IMG/VR virus record: IMGVR_UViG_3300005683_000068
Location: 10,218-74,217 of that record
Length of the DNA stretch: 64,000 nucleotides
Direction: 5' to 3' (one strand)
From: a virus
Lineage: Duplodnaviria; Caudoviricetes
Shown here: one piece after another, positions 36,173-45,959 of the stretch
How positions within the stretch are numbered: the first letter of the stretch is position 1
How the letters are laid out: each line of letters opens with the position of its first letter
Notes under the pieces: generated by a model
Databases searched by the model: none
Told to the model about the DNA's origin: nothing
What the model saw: only the letters and a program-made list of their open reading frames with translations
Position numbers and translations under genes: made by a program

Positions 36173-36182
36173 GAGGGTAGAA

Positions 36183-36212
36183 CTAAAAACATTTCCAGAA
36201 ATTCCCTGGAAA
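36183..36212 (-). terminator. Terminator-like hairpin after the helicase gene
   Basis: TTTCCAG/CTGGAAA stem followed by TGTTTTT on the minus strand. Confidence 0.5.
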
Positions 36213-37619
36213 TCACAGGATACTAACAATCGCCGGGTTCGCTATGGCCAAACAACCAGCAATGTGAACGCATTTTTCCATATCGCAAACTTCGTTTCTT
36301 CGAACTATCCAATTCCAACGCATAATCCCAGCACGCCTCTCATCAACCGATGAATTCAAACCAATCATTCCAGTCACATGGGCCAGCTTACGCTTGTCCT
36401 CAGAGAAGTCCTCCATTCCTAAAAGATCCTTGTCCTTTTTGTAAGCAGCGGCCTTAGTTTGTGTAGCTGTAACAACCAAGCAATGTAAATCAAGCGAAAT
36501 GCGACGTAAGTATTCCCAAGTCTCATTTACCTGATCTCTAGACTCTGCCCGCTTTGTCATCGGGGCTAACAGATCAGCATAATCAAGAATTATTACATCC
36601 GGGGTCCATTCTTCCTCATCGGCTGTTCTTTGCAACTCAGCCAATACACCCTCAGCACTAATTTCTCTAGCTGTGTAACAATGCAAATGAAGATAATCCC
36701 TACCCCGAACCCTGGCCACCTTCATAAACCTCTCAACAGCCAAATCCCACCTAAGAGGTTTGGTGTTACGATCCCTATAACCAGTTACAATCGCACTTCT
36801 TCCTTCCAAATCAATTCCTTTGGGAATTGAAAAACTACCACCTCTTAATGGACGCTGACAAGCCCTTGCTGCAAATCTTCTAATCGTTGCTTCTTGCCCC
36901 AAATCTCCTAGTTCAAAATAAGCCACTCTACGCTTCTGAAGCAAGGCCCGCCAAGCCAAATCAAGCAACACAAAACTCTTGCCTCTTTTTTCAGGTCCTA
37001 AAAAGGAAATGAAACTCTCAGATCGAAAATCCTCCCCCAAATACAAACCAAGATCACCAGGATACTCCACAAGCGGCGGCTCAAATGATTTCTCAAAGGC
37101 GTTTCTAACAGCATCTTGATCATCAAGTAAATTGATGTACTGCCCTTTTCCAAGTCTAATGGGTTTGTGCTTCTTATGCAATTCTAAGGCTTCATCGATC
37201 TTCTCTGCATCAACCAAATCCATCATTTCATTGCTGATGTTCCTAAACGCCACAGCATTAAACAACCTGCCAGCAACATCAACAAGATACTCGCTACTAA
37301 CTTCCAACCCGTGCTCATACTCACTGGACAGGTCCTCAAGAAACCCCTCCACATAATCTAAGGTTTCCTTATCTTTCGTTCTTTCAGCCCAATCATCAAA
37401 CATCGCCTGGATAGCTCTTTTTGGTGCTTGATCATTCTGATTGCAGTATTGAATGCACCATTTGGCAATGGTGTTCGCCCATTTGTTCGCAAACAAACCT
37501 GTAGGAATCCATTTTGATTTAACCAATCTAAGAAACTTTGTATCAACAATCATACCAATCAACACAAGACGTTCCTTTGAACCACGCTTACTATGATCTG
37601 TTCGCTTCATACTTCTCAA
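36213..37619 (-). CDS. dnaB: DnaB-like replicative helicase
   Basis: Walker A 'GPEKRGKS', 'IILDYADLL', 'VTATQT', 'EDKRK'. Confidence 0.85.
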   Translation of the reverse strand: MRSMKRTDHSKRGSKERLVLIGMIVDTKFLRLVKSKWIPTGLFANKWANTIAKWCIQYCNQNDQAPKRAIQAMFDDWAERTKDKETLDYVEGFLEDLSSEYEHGLEVSSEYLVDVAGRLFNAVAFRNISNEMMDLVDAEKIDEALELHKKHKPIRLGKGQYINLLDDQDAVRNAFEKSFEPPLVEYPGDLGLYLGEDFRSESFISFLGPEKRGKSFVLLDLAWRALLQKRRVAYFELGDLGQEATIRRFAARACQRPLRGGSFSIPKGIDLEGRSAIVTGYRDRNTKPLRWDLAVERFMKVARVRGRDYLHLHCYTAREISAEGVLAELQRTADEEEWTPDVIILDYADLLAPMTKRAESRDQVNETWEYLRRISLDLHCLVVTATQTKAAAYKKDKDLLGMEDFSEDKRKLAHVTGMIGLNSSVDERRAGIMRWNWIVRRNEVCDMEKCVHIAGCLAIANPAIVSIL

Positions 37620-38994
37620 TCCCTTTCATCATAATGTCCCACGATTGAAAACGAGAAGTCTCAGATAGATAGCACTGAAATCTAACTGAATTTGGATCGA
37701 ACACCATACACTTAACACCACCCTTCCATTTTTGTTGTCTCTCTACAATAATATAACAATACGTACTCCACCATTCAGTGAACCAGTCAAGAATGAACGA
37801 AACAGGATCAAGGTAAGCACGTGACCATATAGCCGCTGCTTGTGTAATACCACGATTGTTTTTCCTTCTGTGAGCATAATCAACAGCATCCTGCTTATAT
37901 GTCTCTCTAGCCTCTTTGAAATCAGCTTCGGAAATATGATGAAACAAAAACGACTCTATTCTGTCATTGAGATGCTTAATGTTGTTGTAAGATTCAACAA
38001 CCACCTTCGTTATTTCTTGACTGGCGGCAGGCCATTCTTTAGTGAGTATTTTTTCTACCAATCGTTTGGTGTCTTCATTAAGCACCAGTGAATTTTGCTT
38101 TGTTGTGTTTTCAAGAAGACTCCAATCATCCCATCTCTGTTTAAGTTGAAGGCAATTCTTCAATTTGAGTTTGATTGATCTACCAGCATCAGAACAATAC
38201 CAATCAATTACCTTCTGGACATTGTCCTTGCCTACTTTCTTTCTTAACTGAGCAATGTACTTTGCTTGTTTTGAAGGATTCCAAAGATGCGATTTAATCC
38301 AACCTTCTTTGATACATAGCTTTTTAAGTTGCTTGGCACAGGCAATATCAAACTTTGTTATCTGAGGATTTGTTTTGTCTAATTTTGATCTTGGTGAATT
38401 GTTTTTGTTTAAGAAAGGCATAGAAGAAATCCCCTTGTTGGTGTCGTTTTCGCAGAAAACGACTTCATCACTTTCTTTATTGTCCCTATATACTATACTA
38501 TGGTATGCGTTTTCGCCTACATCCTGTAGGCGTTTTCGCCTACATCCTGTAGGCGTTTTCGCACACACCCCCTCATCCAACAACTCATCAATCAATACTG
38601 TCCTTCCTTTCCTCATAAGGAAAGTGTTTCTTGGACTCAAAGCACTTATCAACAATCTCTGTCTGCCACTTCGAGTTTTTCTAAACCCGATTTGTTTTAC
38701 CAATCCTAATTTAACCAATTGAGAGATGATTTTAGACACTCTCAGTTTGGTTACGCATAATTCTCCTGCAAGCCATTTATTGGTTCCAAAGAATGGCTCC
38801 TTTGATGACGTGTTGATTTTGGTTATAAGAGAAAGAGTAGCAGCTTCTATCCAACTTAACTTACCTTTCTTAATCAACTCTCTGGTAAGAGATGTGAAAT
38901 ACAATCCTGGTTTTTCTTTTGGAGTGTTTTCTTCCTCACATTCTCTTTCAAATTGTTCTAAATCTTCCTCTGATGTTATTTCATGTCGTTTCAT
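37591..38994 (-). CDS. Replication initiator-like HTH protein
   Basis: 'FFGTNKWLAGEL.V....VSKIISQLVKLGLV' HTH as in lambda-O-type initiators; contains internal iteron-like repeats. Confidence 0.6.
   Translation of the reverse strand: MKRHEITSEEDLEQFERECEEENTPKEKPGLYFTSLTRELIKKGKLSWIEAATLSLITKINTSSKEPFFGTNKWLAGELCVTKLRVSKIISQLVKLGLVKQIGFRKTRSGRQRLLISALSPRNTFLMRKGRTVLIDELLDEGVCAKTPTGCRRKRLQDVGENAYHSIVYRDNKESDEVVFCENDTNKGISSMPFLNKNNSPRSKLDKTNPQITKFDIACAKQLKKLCIKEGWIKSHLWNPSKQAKYIAQLRKKVGKDNVQKVIDWYCSDAGRSIKLKLKNCLQLKQRWDDWSLLENTTKQNSLVLNEDTKRLVEKILTKEWPAASQEITKVVVESYNNIKHLNDRIESFLFHHISEADFKEARETYKQDAVDYAHRRKNNRGITQAAAIWSRAYLDPVSFILDWFTEWWSTYCYIIVERQQKWKGGVKCMVFDPNSVRFQCYLSETSRFQSWDIMMKGIEKYEANRS
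38507..38562. repeat. 2.4 tandem copies of 23 bp GCGTTTTCGCCTACATCCTGTAG (candidate origin iterons)
   Basis: Units start at 38507, 38530 and 38553 (partial); each full unit carries CCTACA-n3-TGTAGG dyad symmetry. Confidence 0.85.
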
Positions 38995-39376
38995 TTTTGG
39001 GCTCCTGCTTTGGTCCAACAAATTCTGTTGGGGGCAGTGGAATGGACCTATTCTGCGGACGCCACAAATGCAAGCAGTATGGATGGTGATTTACATATTC
39101 GCTTTTAGCCGGATGGAGTTGCATCACTACCTCATGAGGTTCAAAGAACAAATCCTTCACCCAACACATTTCTTCCCAAGTTGGGCAGCGATTCTTAAGA
39201 GATACAGAAACATGATCCCAACCCTCGCCATCACTAACTATTATTCCTAATAAGGTAGCACCACTAAATCTATATGGAACCATAAATGCTCCATTGTTAC
39301 CATAAGATTTATCACTGGATAGCCTGCCTTCCTTAATGCGATATTGTTCAATCAATACAGTAGCGTCGGGTTTCAT
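38981..39376 (-). CDS. Conserved phage protein (WDHVSVS...PTWEEM...HLW family)
   Basis: Motif common in phage replication regions; function unknown. Confidence 0.7.
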   Translation of the reverse strand: MKPDATVLIEQYRIKEGRLSSDKSYGNNGAFMVPYRFSGATLLGIIVSDGEGWDHVSVSLKNRCPTWEEMCWVKDLFFEPHEVVMQLHPAKSEYVNHHPYCLHLWRPQNRSIPLPPTEFVGPKQEPKNETT

Positions 39377-40239
39377 TCCAATTCCTTTCTTAGGAGTTTA
39401 ATTTCTTTCTCTGAAGCTGAACCAGGGTCTTTAGCATCTAAGACAATGTTAATAGTTACACCTGGACGAACAGCCAACAGATTAACAAGAGCAAGTGCTC
39501 GTTTCTGTGCTTCTTTCTCATTGTCAAAAACAACCACCCGCTTTGGATACTCAGCTATTCGATTAGCCTGAGTTTGATTCCAATTAACACCAAACAAAGC
39601 CACAGCACCAGGACCGATACGCATAGCATCGAAGGGACCTTCGCAAACAAGAACCACGTCATGGCAGTAATCCTCTCCATAAAGTAAATGACGAAGTGGA
39701 ATCAACTCCTCTGTAGGTTTAGCCGAAACATATCTAGGCTCAGCATCACCAATTGTTCTTGTTGTCCAACTAACTATCCTCCCATGAAAATGAACCGGAA
39801 TAAACACTCTCCATTGTAAATGCTGTGCAACGCTTATAGCCCCCAATTGCCACAAAGTACGTGCTTGCGTCGCATTGACCCCGCGAGACGCTATAAAACG
39901 CTTGTGCGGGGCTTGTAGTGGGGTTATACAGCGTGGCAATACTAGTGTTTTTGACACCTTCCTTTCAATTGCGGTTTTTCGTGAAACATTGCTCAGAGAT
40001 TGATAACACACGGCCAATGAGACTTTGGTAAGTAAAGACAAGGTCTCTGCTGCCTTGTGATAGCCACACTGCCAGCAAGAACAGTAGTTGCCATCCATGT
40101 TGTATCCACAGTACAACTTGTTTGGATCACTCCCGCCACCGCAATGCGGACATTGGAACTGAATCCAACCAGTTCTTGTACCTTTACCCTCTGTCTTGAA
40201 ATGAACATTATATTCCATCAATAGTTCTTGGAAGGTCAT
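39373..40239 (-). CDS. DNA primase (zinc finger + TOPRIM)
   Basis: 'CPHC...CWQC' zinc finger, 'VCEGPFDA', 'VFDNE', 'KDPG'. Confidence 0.88.
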   Translation of the reverse strand: MTFQELLMEYNVHFKTEGKGTRTGWIQFQCPHCGGGSDPNKLYCGYNMDGNYCSCWQCGYHKAAETLSLLTKVSLAVCYQSLSNVSRKTAIERKVSKTLVLPRCITPLQAPHKRFIASRGVNATQARTLWQLGAISVAQHLQWRVFIPVHFHGRIVSWTTRTIGDAEPRYVSAKPTEELIPLRHLLYGEDYCHDVVLVCEGPFDAMRIGPGAVALFGVNWNQTQANRIAEYPKRVVVFDNEKEAQKRALALVNLLAVRPGVTINIVLDAKDPGSASEKEIKLLRKELE

Positions 40240-40400
40240 TTCATTCCCTCAATAGTGCGTTTCATCAGATCAACAATTTGTTGATGCATAGTGATGCCAT
40301 TCGCGGCACACCATGCCTTGAATTGGTTTTTGATCTTATCAGGGACATCCCTAATGTAGAGTGTGCTGTATTTATCTTTCTTAGGTTGCTTTATAGGCAT
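40236..40400 (-). CDS. Ribbon-helix-helix (Arc-like) regulator, 54 aa
   Basis: 'STLYIRDVPDKIKNQFKAWCAANGITM'; start reassigned to ATG 40400. Confidence 0.7.
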   Translation of the reverse strand: MPIKQPKKDKYSTLYIRDVPDKIKNQFKAWCAANGITMHQQIVDLMKRTIEGMK

Positions 40401-40416
40401 ATTATTCCCTTTCTGT

Positions 40417-40701
40417 TTAACCGGAACGACGTGGTTTACGAGCAACATCAAACGGAGCAGAGAAGATAACCCAATCAATTTGTATTTCGTTGTCCTCATA
40501 GTATTGAAACAAGTCCTCTTTGCTTTCAATATCATCAAGGACCCAATGTTCCACTTCTCCATTTGAACAAAGGGTGGCAAAAACCACGCCTTGAGCAAGA
40601 TCGTGTCTAACAGCAGTAGTGCATCCAAACGCCTTAAATCCAAAATATGTACGGATGGCAGAAAGGTCTCGCGATTTGAACACAGAACGGTTTTCTCTCA
40701 T
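40417..40701 (-). CDS. Hypothetical protein
   Basis: Clean ORF filling the operon. Confidence 0.5.
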   Translation of the reverse strand: MRENRSVFKSRDLSAIRTYFGFKAFGCTTAVRHDLAQGVVFATLCSNGEVEHWVLDDIESKEDLFQYYEDNEIQIDWVIFSAPFDVARKPRRSG

Positions 40702-40716
40702 GGTACTACCTTTGAA

Positions 40717-40965
40717 TCACTTGGAATGGATACAATGAACCACTGCATAAAAGTCAGCCTCCTTCTTTAGTTCGTTGCAGAAGTGTAGGTATTTTAACTT
40801 CAGTTCAGTCTCTACTACCTCTAATTTAATTAGAGTACCAGTACCGGCAGTGTATTCAATTATGCTTTTAGATTTTGGTATTTCGCCTATGGTTTGAAGT
40901 TTGACATAGGAGGTCTTCCTAGTAAAATCTTCAAATGTTCGGTAGATGTAGAAAATCAAGTTCAT
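40717..40965 (-). CDS. Hypothetical protein
   Basis: Clean ORF adjacent to the helicase stop. Confidence 0.5.
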   Translation of the reverse strand: MNLIFYIYRTFEDFTRKTSYVKLQTIGEIPKSKSIIEYTAGTGTLIKLEVVETELKLKYLHFCNELKKEADFYAVVHCIHSK

Positions 40966-42321
40966 TTAGGTATTCCTTATGCTTTGGATTAGCTCGTCAA
41001 ACACATTACCAGAATGCTTGGGTTGTTTGCCATCAAGCACTCCAGTCAAGACTTTCTGTTTCTTGTGCAACAGTTTGCAAGTTTTATCCTCAATAGTATC
41101 TCTGCCAACAAGATAATAACACGTCACATGATCTTTCTGTCCAATGCGATGAGCACGATCCTCCGCTTGGATATGTTCACCTGGAGTCCATCCTAGTTCA
41201 CAAAAGGCTACAGCGGTGGCGGCTGTCCCGTTCCAGCCCACACCAGCAGCTTGTATATTGCCAATAAATAAGCGGCAGTTAGGATCATGTTGGAACTTGT
41301 CAATCGCATTCTGTCTCCGTTTATTATTGACACTACCATCAACAACGACACTAAGAGGCTTAAAATGTCCATACAATTCTCCTATGATCTTTTTGTGAAT
41401 GCCAAACAGAATTAACTTGCCGGTACTCTCAGCAAGGAAATTTTCTACCCATTCTATTACAGATGGTAATTTCAATTCAGCAACAAGCCGCTTAAGATAA
41501 CCAGCTTTTGCTAGTTCTTCGGCCTTCAGTGCTGCTCTGGCTTTACTCGGATGAGCGGTTCTCAACCAATCTACAAAATCAACCAGTGCTTTTTTATACT
41601 CATGAGGCTTTGACAGCTTCATGGGCACAACGGCTCTGATTTTGTTTGGTAGGTCTTGTAGTACCTCTTTTTTGAGTCTGCGTACCATACAAGATCGTTT
41701 CAAAATCCTATTGAGTTCCTTCACCTTGGTAGCACCATTGAACTTCCAACCCCAAGGCGTGAATTCAGGTTTGCAGTACCTAAATCCAAATGCCTTATAA
41801 CTAGTAAATTCTTTAGGCCAGAGCATGTTGAGAATGGGCCATAATTCAATTGGGCGATTGATTAGTGGTGTCCCACTAAGGGCCAAAACATGCTCCACTC
41901 CCTTGCAAAGCATCCGACAGGCTTTTGTCCTTCGTGTGCTTCTTGACTTGGTATAATGAACCTCATCAAGGATAACCAATTGTGGTTTTAGTTTTTTAAT
42001 AACCGGCAACCACTTATGAAGAATATCATAGTTGAGAATGATTAACTCCGGTTTGTTCAAACTCCACTTGGCCTGTGGTACTTTTGTACCCTCAAGAACC
42101 TCAGCCCGTAAATTAACATGGAGAGCAGCTTCTCGCTCCCAGTTATACTTAATACTGGCTGGGCAGACTACAATAATTGGTTTGAGTTTCCTTCGTTTGG
42201 CAAAAGACAATGCCAAGAAAGTTTTACCCAATCCCATTTCCCATGCTACTAGAGCACGACCATTGTAAACCTCATCTATACGATTGAGGTCTTCAAGTTG
42301 AAACGGATAAGGATTAGTCAT
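40966..42321 (-). CDS. SNF2-family (HARP-like) helicase
   Basis: 'EMGLGKT', 'LDEVH', 'LSGTP', 'QAEDRAHRIGQ'. Confidence 0.92.
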   Translation of the reverse strand: MTNPYPFQLEDLNRIDEVYNGRALVAWEMGLGKTFLALSFAKRRKLKPIIVVCPASIKYNWEREAALHVNLRAEVLEGTKVPQAKWSLNKPELIILNYDILHKWLPVIKKLKPQLVILDEVHYTKSRSTRRTKACRMLCKGVEHVLALSGTPLINRPIELWPILNMLWPKEFTSYKAFGFRYCKPEFTPWGWKFNGATKVKELNRILKRSCMVRRLKKEVLQDLPNKIRAVVPMKLSKPHEYKKALVDFVDWLRTAHPSKARAALKAEELAKAGYLKRLVAELKLPSVIEWVENFLAESTGKLILFGIHKKIIGELYGHFKPLSVVVDGSVNNKRRQNAIDKFQHDPNCRLFIGNIQAAGVGWNGTAATAVAFCELGWTPGEHIQAEDRAHRIGQKDHVTCYYLVGRDTIEDKTCKLLHKKQKVLTGVLDGKQPKHSGNVFDELIQSIRNT

Positions 42322-42345
42322 ACAAGTTCCAGATTCCTTTTATTG

Positions 42346-42588
42346 TTAAGATACAAGACGCATGGCATCTCCCAAACTGCAAGAATACTCATATTCAGTA
42401 ATCACATTCTCATTTCTAAGCCATTTAAGAATTTCCGGCAGAGAATACACAGGACCCATTGCAAGTTCCACAACAGGTTTAGGAAAGGTAGGATAACGAC
42501 TCCTCCAAACACAAACAAGTGTTCTACTACAACGAGCTATTTTGGCAATTTCGGTATTGCCTACCAAATGTTGAGGTTTAATCATCAT
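42346..42588 (-). CDS. AlpA/excisionase-like HTH protein
   Basis: 'LVGNTEIAKI...W..R..TFPKPV...GPVY...EI..W'. Confidence 0.7.
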   Translation of the reverse strand: MMIKPQHLVGNTEIAKIARCSRTLVCVWRSRYPTFPKPVVELAMGPVYSLPEILKWLRNENVITEYEYSCSLGDAMRLVS

Positions 42589-43103
42589 TGCAGTACCTTT
42601 CTGATTTCTAGGAATGATTCTGTAATCCTATTTTTGGTCCATCCCAAAGAATACAAATATCTTCGTAACACTTGGCGGATAGTAGCAGGTTTCTTTCCTA
42701 CTATATCCTTGCGGAGCCCTGGTGGAGTCCGCAGTACCAACTTGACTATTTTTTGAGCATCTTTGCTAAGGTCTTCCAAAAGTACAAACAAGTGGAATTC
42801 CTTATCCTCGTGCAAGTCTGGATCAAGTTCCATGAAGATAACCCTTGCGTGGAGTTTGCTTTCCTTGCGTCTGTAATCCAATAGGACATGCCACAACACA
42901 AAGCGAACATAAGTGGCAAAGGACGTTCCGTGTTTAGGATCATAGCGTCTGTAAGCCATTACAAATGCCAATCCTGCCTGTTCTAATAAGTCATAGAAGT
43001 TACCTCCATACTTGGCTCTGAACTTGTGGATAGTGTAATAGATCAGTTTCTCCACATCGTAAAACTGATCTTGTATTATGTGATTTTCAAGCAATACATT
43101 CAT
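42585..43103 (-). CDS. RNA polymerase sigma factor (region-2 type)
   Basis: 'DLLEQAGLAFVMAYRRYDPKHGTSFATYVRF'. Confidence 0.8.
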   Translation of the reverse strand: MNVLLENHIIQDQFYDVEKLIYYTIHKFRAKYGGNFYDLLEQAGLAFVMAYRRYDPKHGTSFATYVRFVLWHVLLDYRRKESKLHARVIFMELDPDLHEDKEFHLFVLLEDLSKDAQKIVKLVLRTPPGLRKDIVGKKPATIRQVLRRYLYSLGWTKNRITESFLEIRKVLQ

Positions 43104-43138
43104 GGTTGTTTCCTACGAGTAATCCTCTTCAATCACCA

Positions 43139-43447
43139 TCAATGACTATAGCCAAGTTTTGCAAGCGGGATGTCGTAATCTGTTCCGCATTTACCGTCCG
43201 TTTTGCGACGGTTCTCGGCGGGGGTCCAATAGCATCGGCCTCCTTGCCACCAAAAACTGTCGCCGATCTTGATTGTAACTTGCCCGCCGTCGTCTAAGCG
43301 TCGTTCATTTGTGTAAACGCAGCATGTGTCTGGTCGCGGACACTCATTACCACGGCCATGTTTGGGATAGTGTGGGCAGCTAGCCACGTGAACGTGCGTT
43401 TTTCCGTCGGACGCACGAGATAAGCCGATAATAACACCTCCTACCAT
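43139..43447 (-). CDS. Hypothetical Cys-containing protein
   Basis: ORF with GGAGG RBS; start uncertain. Confidence 0.5.
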   Translation of the reverse strand: MVGGVIIGLSRASDGKTHVHVASCPHYPKHGRGNECPRPDTCCVYTNERRLDDGGQVTIKIGDSFWWQGGRCYWTPAENRRKTDGKCGTDYDIPLAKLGYSH

Positions 43448-43499
43448 TTGCTACCCTCCAGTCGGACAACGCGGCGGTCCACGTCAGAGATGGTATTGC

Positions 43500-45182
43500 T
43501 CACGAGTAATCATCCTCAATCACTCTGGTAGTGGTTTTGAGAATTGCTTCCAGTTCCTCCACTCGCTTACGAAGTTTGTTGTTCTCATTTTCTGAGTGCG
43601 ACTTCTGTGACAACTTACTTTGAACCCCCTCAATCTTGTTCAAGGCTTTTTGCATTTGGAAAACATTCCTACCGAACCAGAATGCGGCTTCTGAACATCC
43701 CCAGTTATAAAGGTCTTTGATTGCCGTCTCGGCATAGTGACACCGCTCGCGAAGCTCGGCAATCTCATTTCCAGCCCACGTCGCCAGCACACTGAGCGGA
43801 GCGTTTGAGCCTGGATTGGCTGAGGTATAGCAGGCTTCAAGTGCTTCGGTTGCGTGACGGATTTGCTCGTGGAGCTTGGCGTTCTCAGCTTCCAGTTCTG
43901 CATACGACTTCCACGGGCCGCCGGCACACATACGCTGCTTGATAAACCGCTTGCAATTTTCGAGCATTACTTCGGGGTCGCCGATGCAGCGAGCCGTCGT
44001 TTCCGGCAGCGGCACGACCGAGTAGAGCTTGCTGTCATCTTCCCAGCAGCGGTCATCGGCTTTCTGCTCCCAATGGGTGCGGATGGCGGTTTCTAATTCC
44101 TTCACTCGCATCTCGGCATAGTGACACCGCTTACGTGCCGCATCGAGGTCCATCTCTAGCTCGCAGATGGTCTTGTCAAGCCGTTTGTTTTCTTCCGTGA
44201 GTTCCTTCACACGGGCTTCGGCTGTCTGGGCTCGATTTATTGCCAGGAACGTATCGCGAGCTGTTTTCAAGGACGGGAGTTCGGGGGCACTGATCAAAGC
44301 GTAACAAGAGGGCCGTGAGTGTCCTCTACCCCGGTTTGGCTTCCAGATCGTCGTAGCCCGATATTCAAACACCGTCCCGTTGTCTCGGAGAATGCATTCC
44401 AAGACATGCGATCCTTCCGGCCACTTGTTGGCCTCGTCAATAGAACACCACGAATGAACTGCTTGTGATCGCTCTCGTTCGGCTTTGATTTCTTCGCACG
44501 CCGAATGAAGCTGGTCCTCTAGCTCCTTCACACGGGTGCCGAGATTTATTTCGCAACCTCTTGCAAGAGCTTCGGCGTCGTCCGCACGCTTCTCAGCAGC
44601 CTGAATTTCGTACGCTTGAGAAAGAAACTGGCAGCCTCCCTCTTTACAATTGGCAGCGAAGAACTTGTGGCGAGTCAGATCGCCGACCGCGAGCTTAGCG
44701 ATAAACGCCTCAAGCGGGCCAATCTGGTCCCAACCAGCGTCAATTGCTGCTTGAACAATACGGCCTAGGGAGACTTCTGTTTTCTCCAGTTGCTCTTGAA
44801 GAGACTTCTGTTTGGTCAGATACTCTCTCAGCCACGCCACCCTGGTTCCGAGAGAGTATTCCGCAGGCTCTTCGTATTCCCTTGGTCGCGACTCTTTCGC
44901 TACGTTAGCAAGGTCGCAGAGTTCATGTATGACGTTCTCTAACTTTTTCACATCGGCCGGGGTAGCGCCGGTTGCTTCGACCAGCGGGCCGACGAAGTTG
45001 GAAGCACGATTGTCAATCCGATAGGTACACGCCATGTCTCCATACAGGTCATTGCAGTTCCACCAACCCGCTCGCCGATTGCCGGGAAGATTTATACCGG
45101 GAACAGTTAAGTCGAACTCGTACCAGCCCACAGGGCAGGTTGCGTCAAGTTTCTCTCGTTTCATTGTAATTTTCACTTTCAT
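43500..45182 (-). CDS. Mosaic coiled-coil early protein (560 aa)
   Basis: Repeated RVKELE linkers and two copies of RCHYAE separating small domains. Confidence 0.65.
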   Translation of the reverse strand: MKVKITMKREKLDATCPVGWYEFDLTVPGINLPGNRRAGWWNCNDLYGDMACTYRIDNRASNFVGPLVEATGATPADVKKLENVIHELCDLANVAKESRPREYEEPAEYSLGTRVAWLREYLTKQKSLQEQLEKTEVSLGRIVQAAIDAGWDQIGPLEAFIAKLAVGDLTRHKFFAANCKEGGCQFLSQAYEIQAAEKRADDAEALARGCEINLGTRVKELEDQLHSACEEIKAERERSQAVHSWCSIDEANKWPEGSHVLECILRDNGTVFEYRATTIWKPNRGRGHSRPSCYALISAPELPSLKTARDTFLAINRAQTAEARVKELTEENKRLDKTICELEMDLDAARKRCHYAEMRVKELETAIRTHWEQKADDRCWEDDSKLYSVVPLPETTARCIGDPEVMLENCKRFIKQRMCAGGPWKSYAELEAENAKLHEQIRHATEALEACYTSANPGSNAPLSVLATWAGNEIAELRERCHYAETAIKDLYNWGCSEAAFWFGRNVFQMQKALNKIEGVQSKLSQKSHSENENNKLRKRVEELEAILKTTTRVIEDDYS

Positions 45183-45381
45183 TTAGAATATGATTACAAA
45201 CGACACATGTTATTTGCGACATAACCGCAAGTACGTCATCAGGTAATGGAGAAGGATTTCTTTCACCTAAAGCGATTAGTCTTGTAAACTCTCTAAGTTG
45301 CTGTAAGCCCTCTTTACCTTGTGAATCATACTTCAATACTTTTCGGTAGTCATCTAGTATTTCTTCAAGTGAAGGGATCAT
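45145..45381 (-). CDS. Hypothetical protein
   Basis: Clean small ORF. Confidence 0.45.
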   Translation of the reverse strand: MIPSLEEILDDYRKVLKYDSQGKEGLQQLREFTRLIALGERNPSPLPDDVLAVMSQITCVVCNHILNESENYNETRET

Positions 45382-45417
45382 AAAATCGCTTTAGTTCAAG
45401 GCGCATCGCATTGTCTA

Positions 45418-45828
45418 TCATTGATCCACATTGCCGATTTCGTCTTCGTCTCGGAAGTAAGCCTTGTCCGTTAGTCTGTCGAGCTTACGGCTAACTCCGG
45501 CAGAGATTCCTCTGATCTCTTTTATCTCCTGAGCCAACTCCAAAGAATGTTGTTGTAGCGACTTGTTCGTCTCCATCAAAACCGCTACGAGGTTAAGAAG
45601 CATCCGCACCTCCTCTTTGTCCATATCCCGAACGTTAGCCCTAAGGAGTTCGGGACGCTGACACAATAACGCTACGGATAAGCCTACCGGCAGCTTAACC
45701 TCCTCCACCAGCTCATTCCAGGCTCCTAGTTGGGAAGCGCATCCTGTACCTCCACAAACCATACAAGGTTCTTTGTGTTCAAGGAAAGGCTCATAGCCTA
45801 AACCGTTACACGCTTTGCATTCGTTCAT
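45418..45828 (-). CDS. Hypothetical protein with DnaJ-type CxxCxGxG zinc motif
   Basis: MNECKACNGLG...CMVCGGTG; start reassigned to ATG 45828. Confidence 0.65.
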   Translation of the reverse strand: MNECKACNGLGYEPFLEHKEPCMVCGGTGCASQLGAWNELVEEVKLPVGLSVALLCQRPELLRANVRDMDKEEVRMLLNLVAVLMETNKSLQQHSLELAQEIKEIRGISAGVSRKLDRLTDKAYFRDEDEIGNVDQ

Positions 45829-45901
45829 TTTCGGTCTCCGATTGGAAGGAAAGGAAACTACAGTAGGCTCCTCTAGTTCTATTATCTCCGAGCTAGAGGA
45901 C

Positions 45902-45959
45902 AGGAGTGCGGGTAGGAATCGAACCTGCCAGTGCTTCGTCGCCTTAAGGCTCCACACTC
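45902..45959 (-). ncRNA. tRNA-like minihelix (acceptor stem + T arm, no canonical D or anticodon arm)
   Basis: GAGTGTG/CGCACTC stem, GGTTCGATTCC T-loop, one GCC-TTAA-GGC hairpin. Confidence 0.55.

Noticed and set aside
38507-38562. Mini CRISPR array
   Set aside because: Repeats are contiguous with no spacers, and no cas genes are present.
42346-42588. Evidence of lysogeny from the AlpA/Xis-like gene
   Set aside because: No integrase, divergent repressor or plus-strand gene in the window; such HTH genes are common in lytic phages.
45829-45957. Upstream extension of the 179 aa ORF
   Set aside because: Covers the tRNA-like element and a hairpin; protein-like sequence only begins at MNECK.
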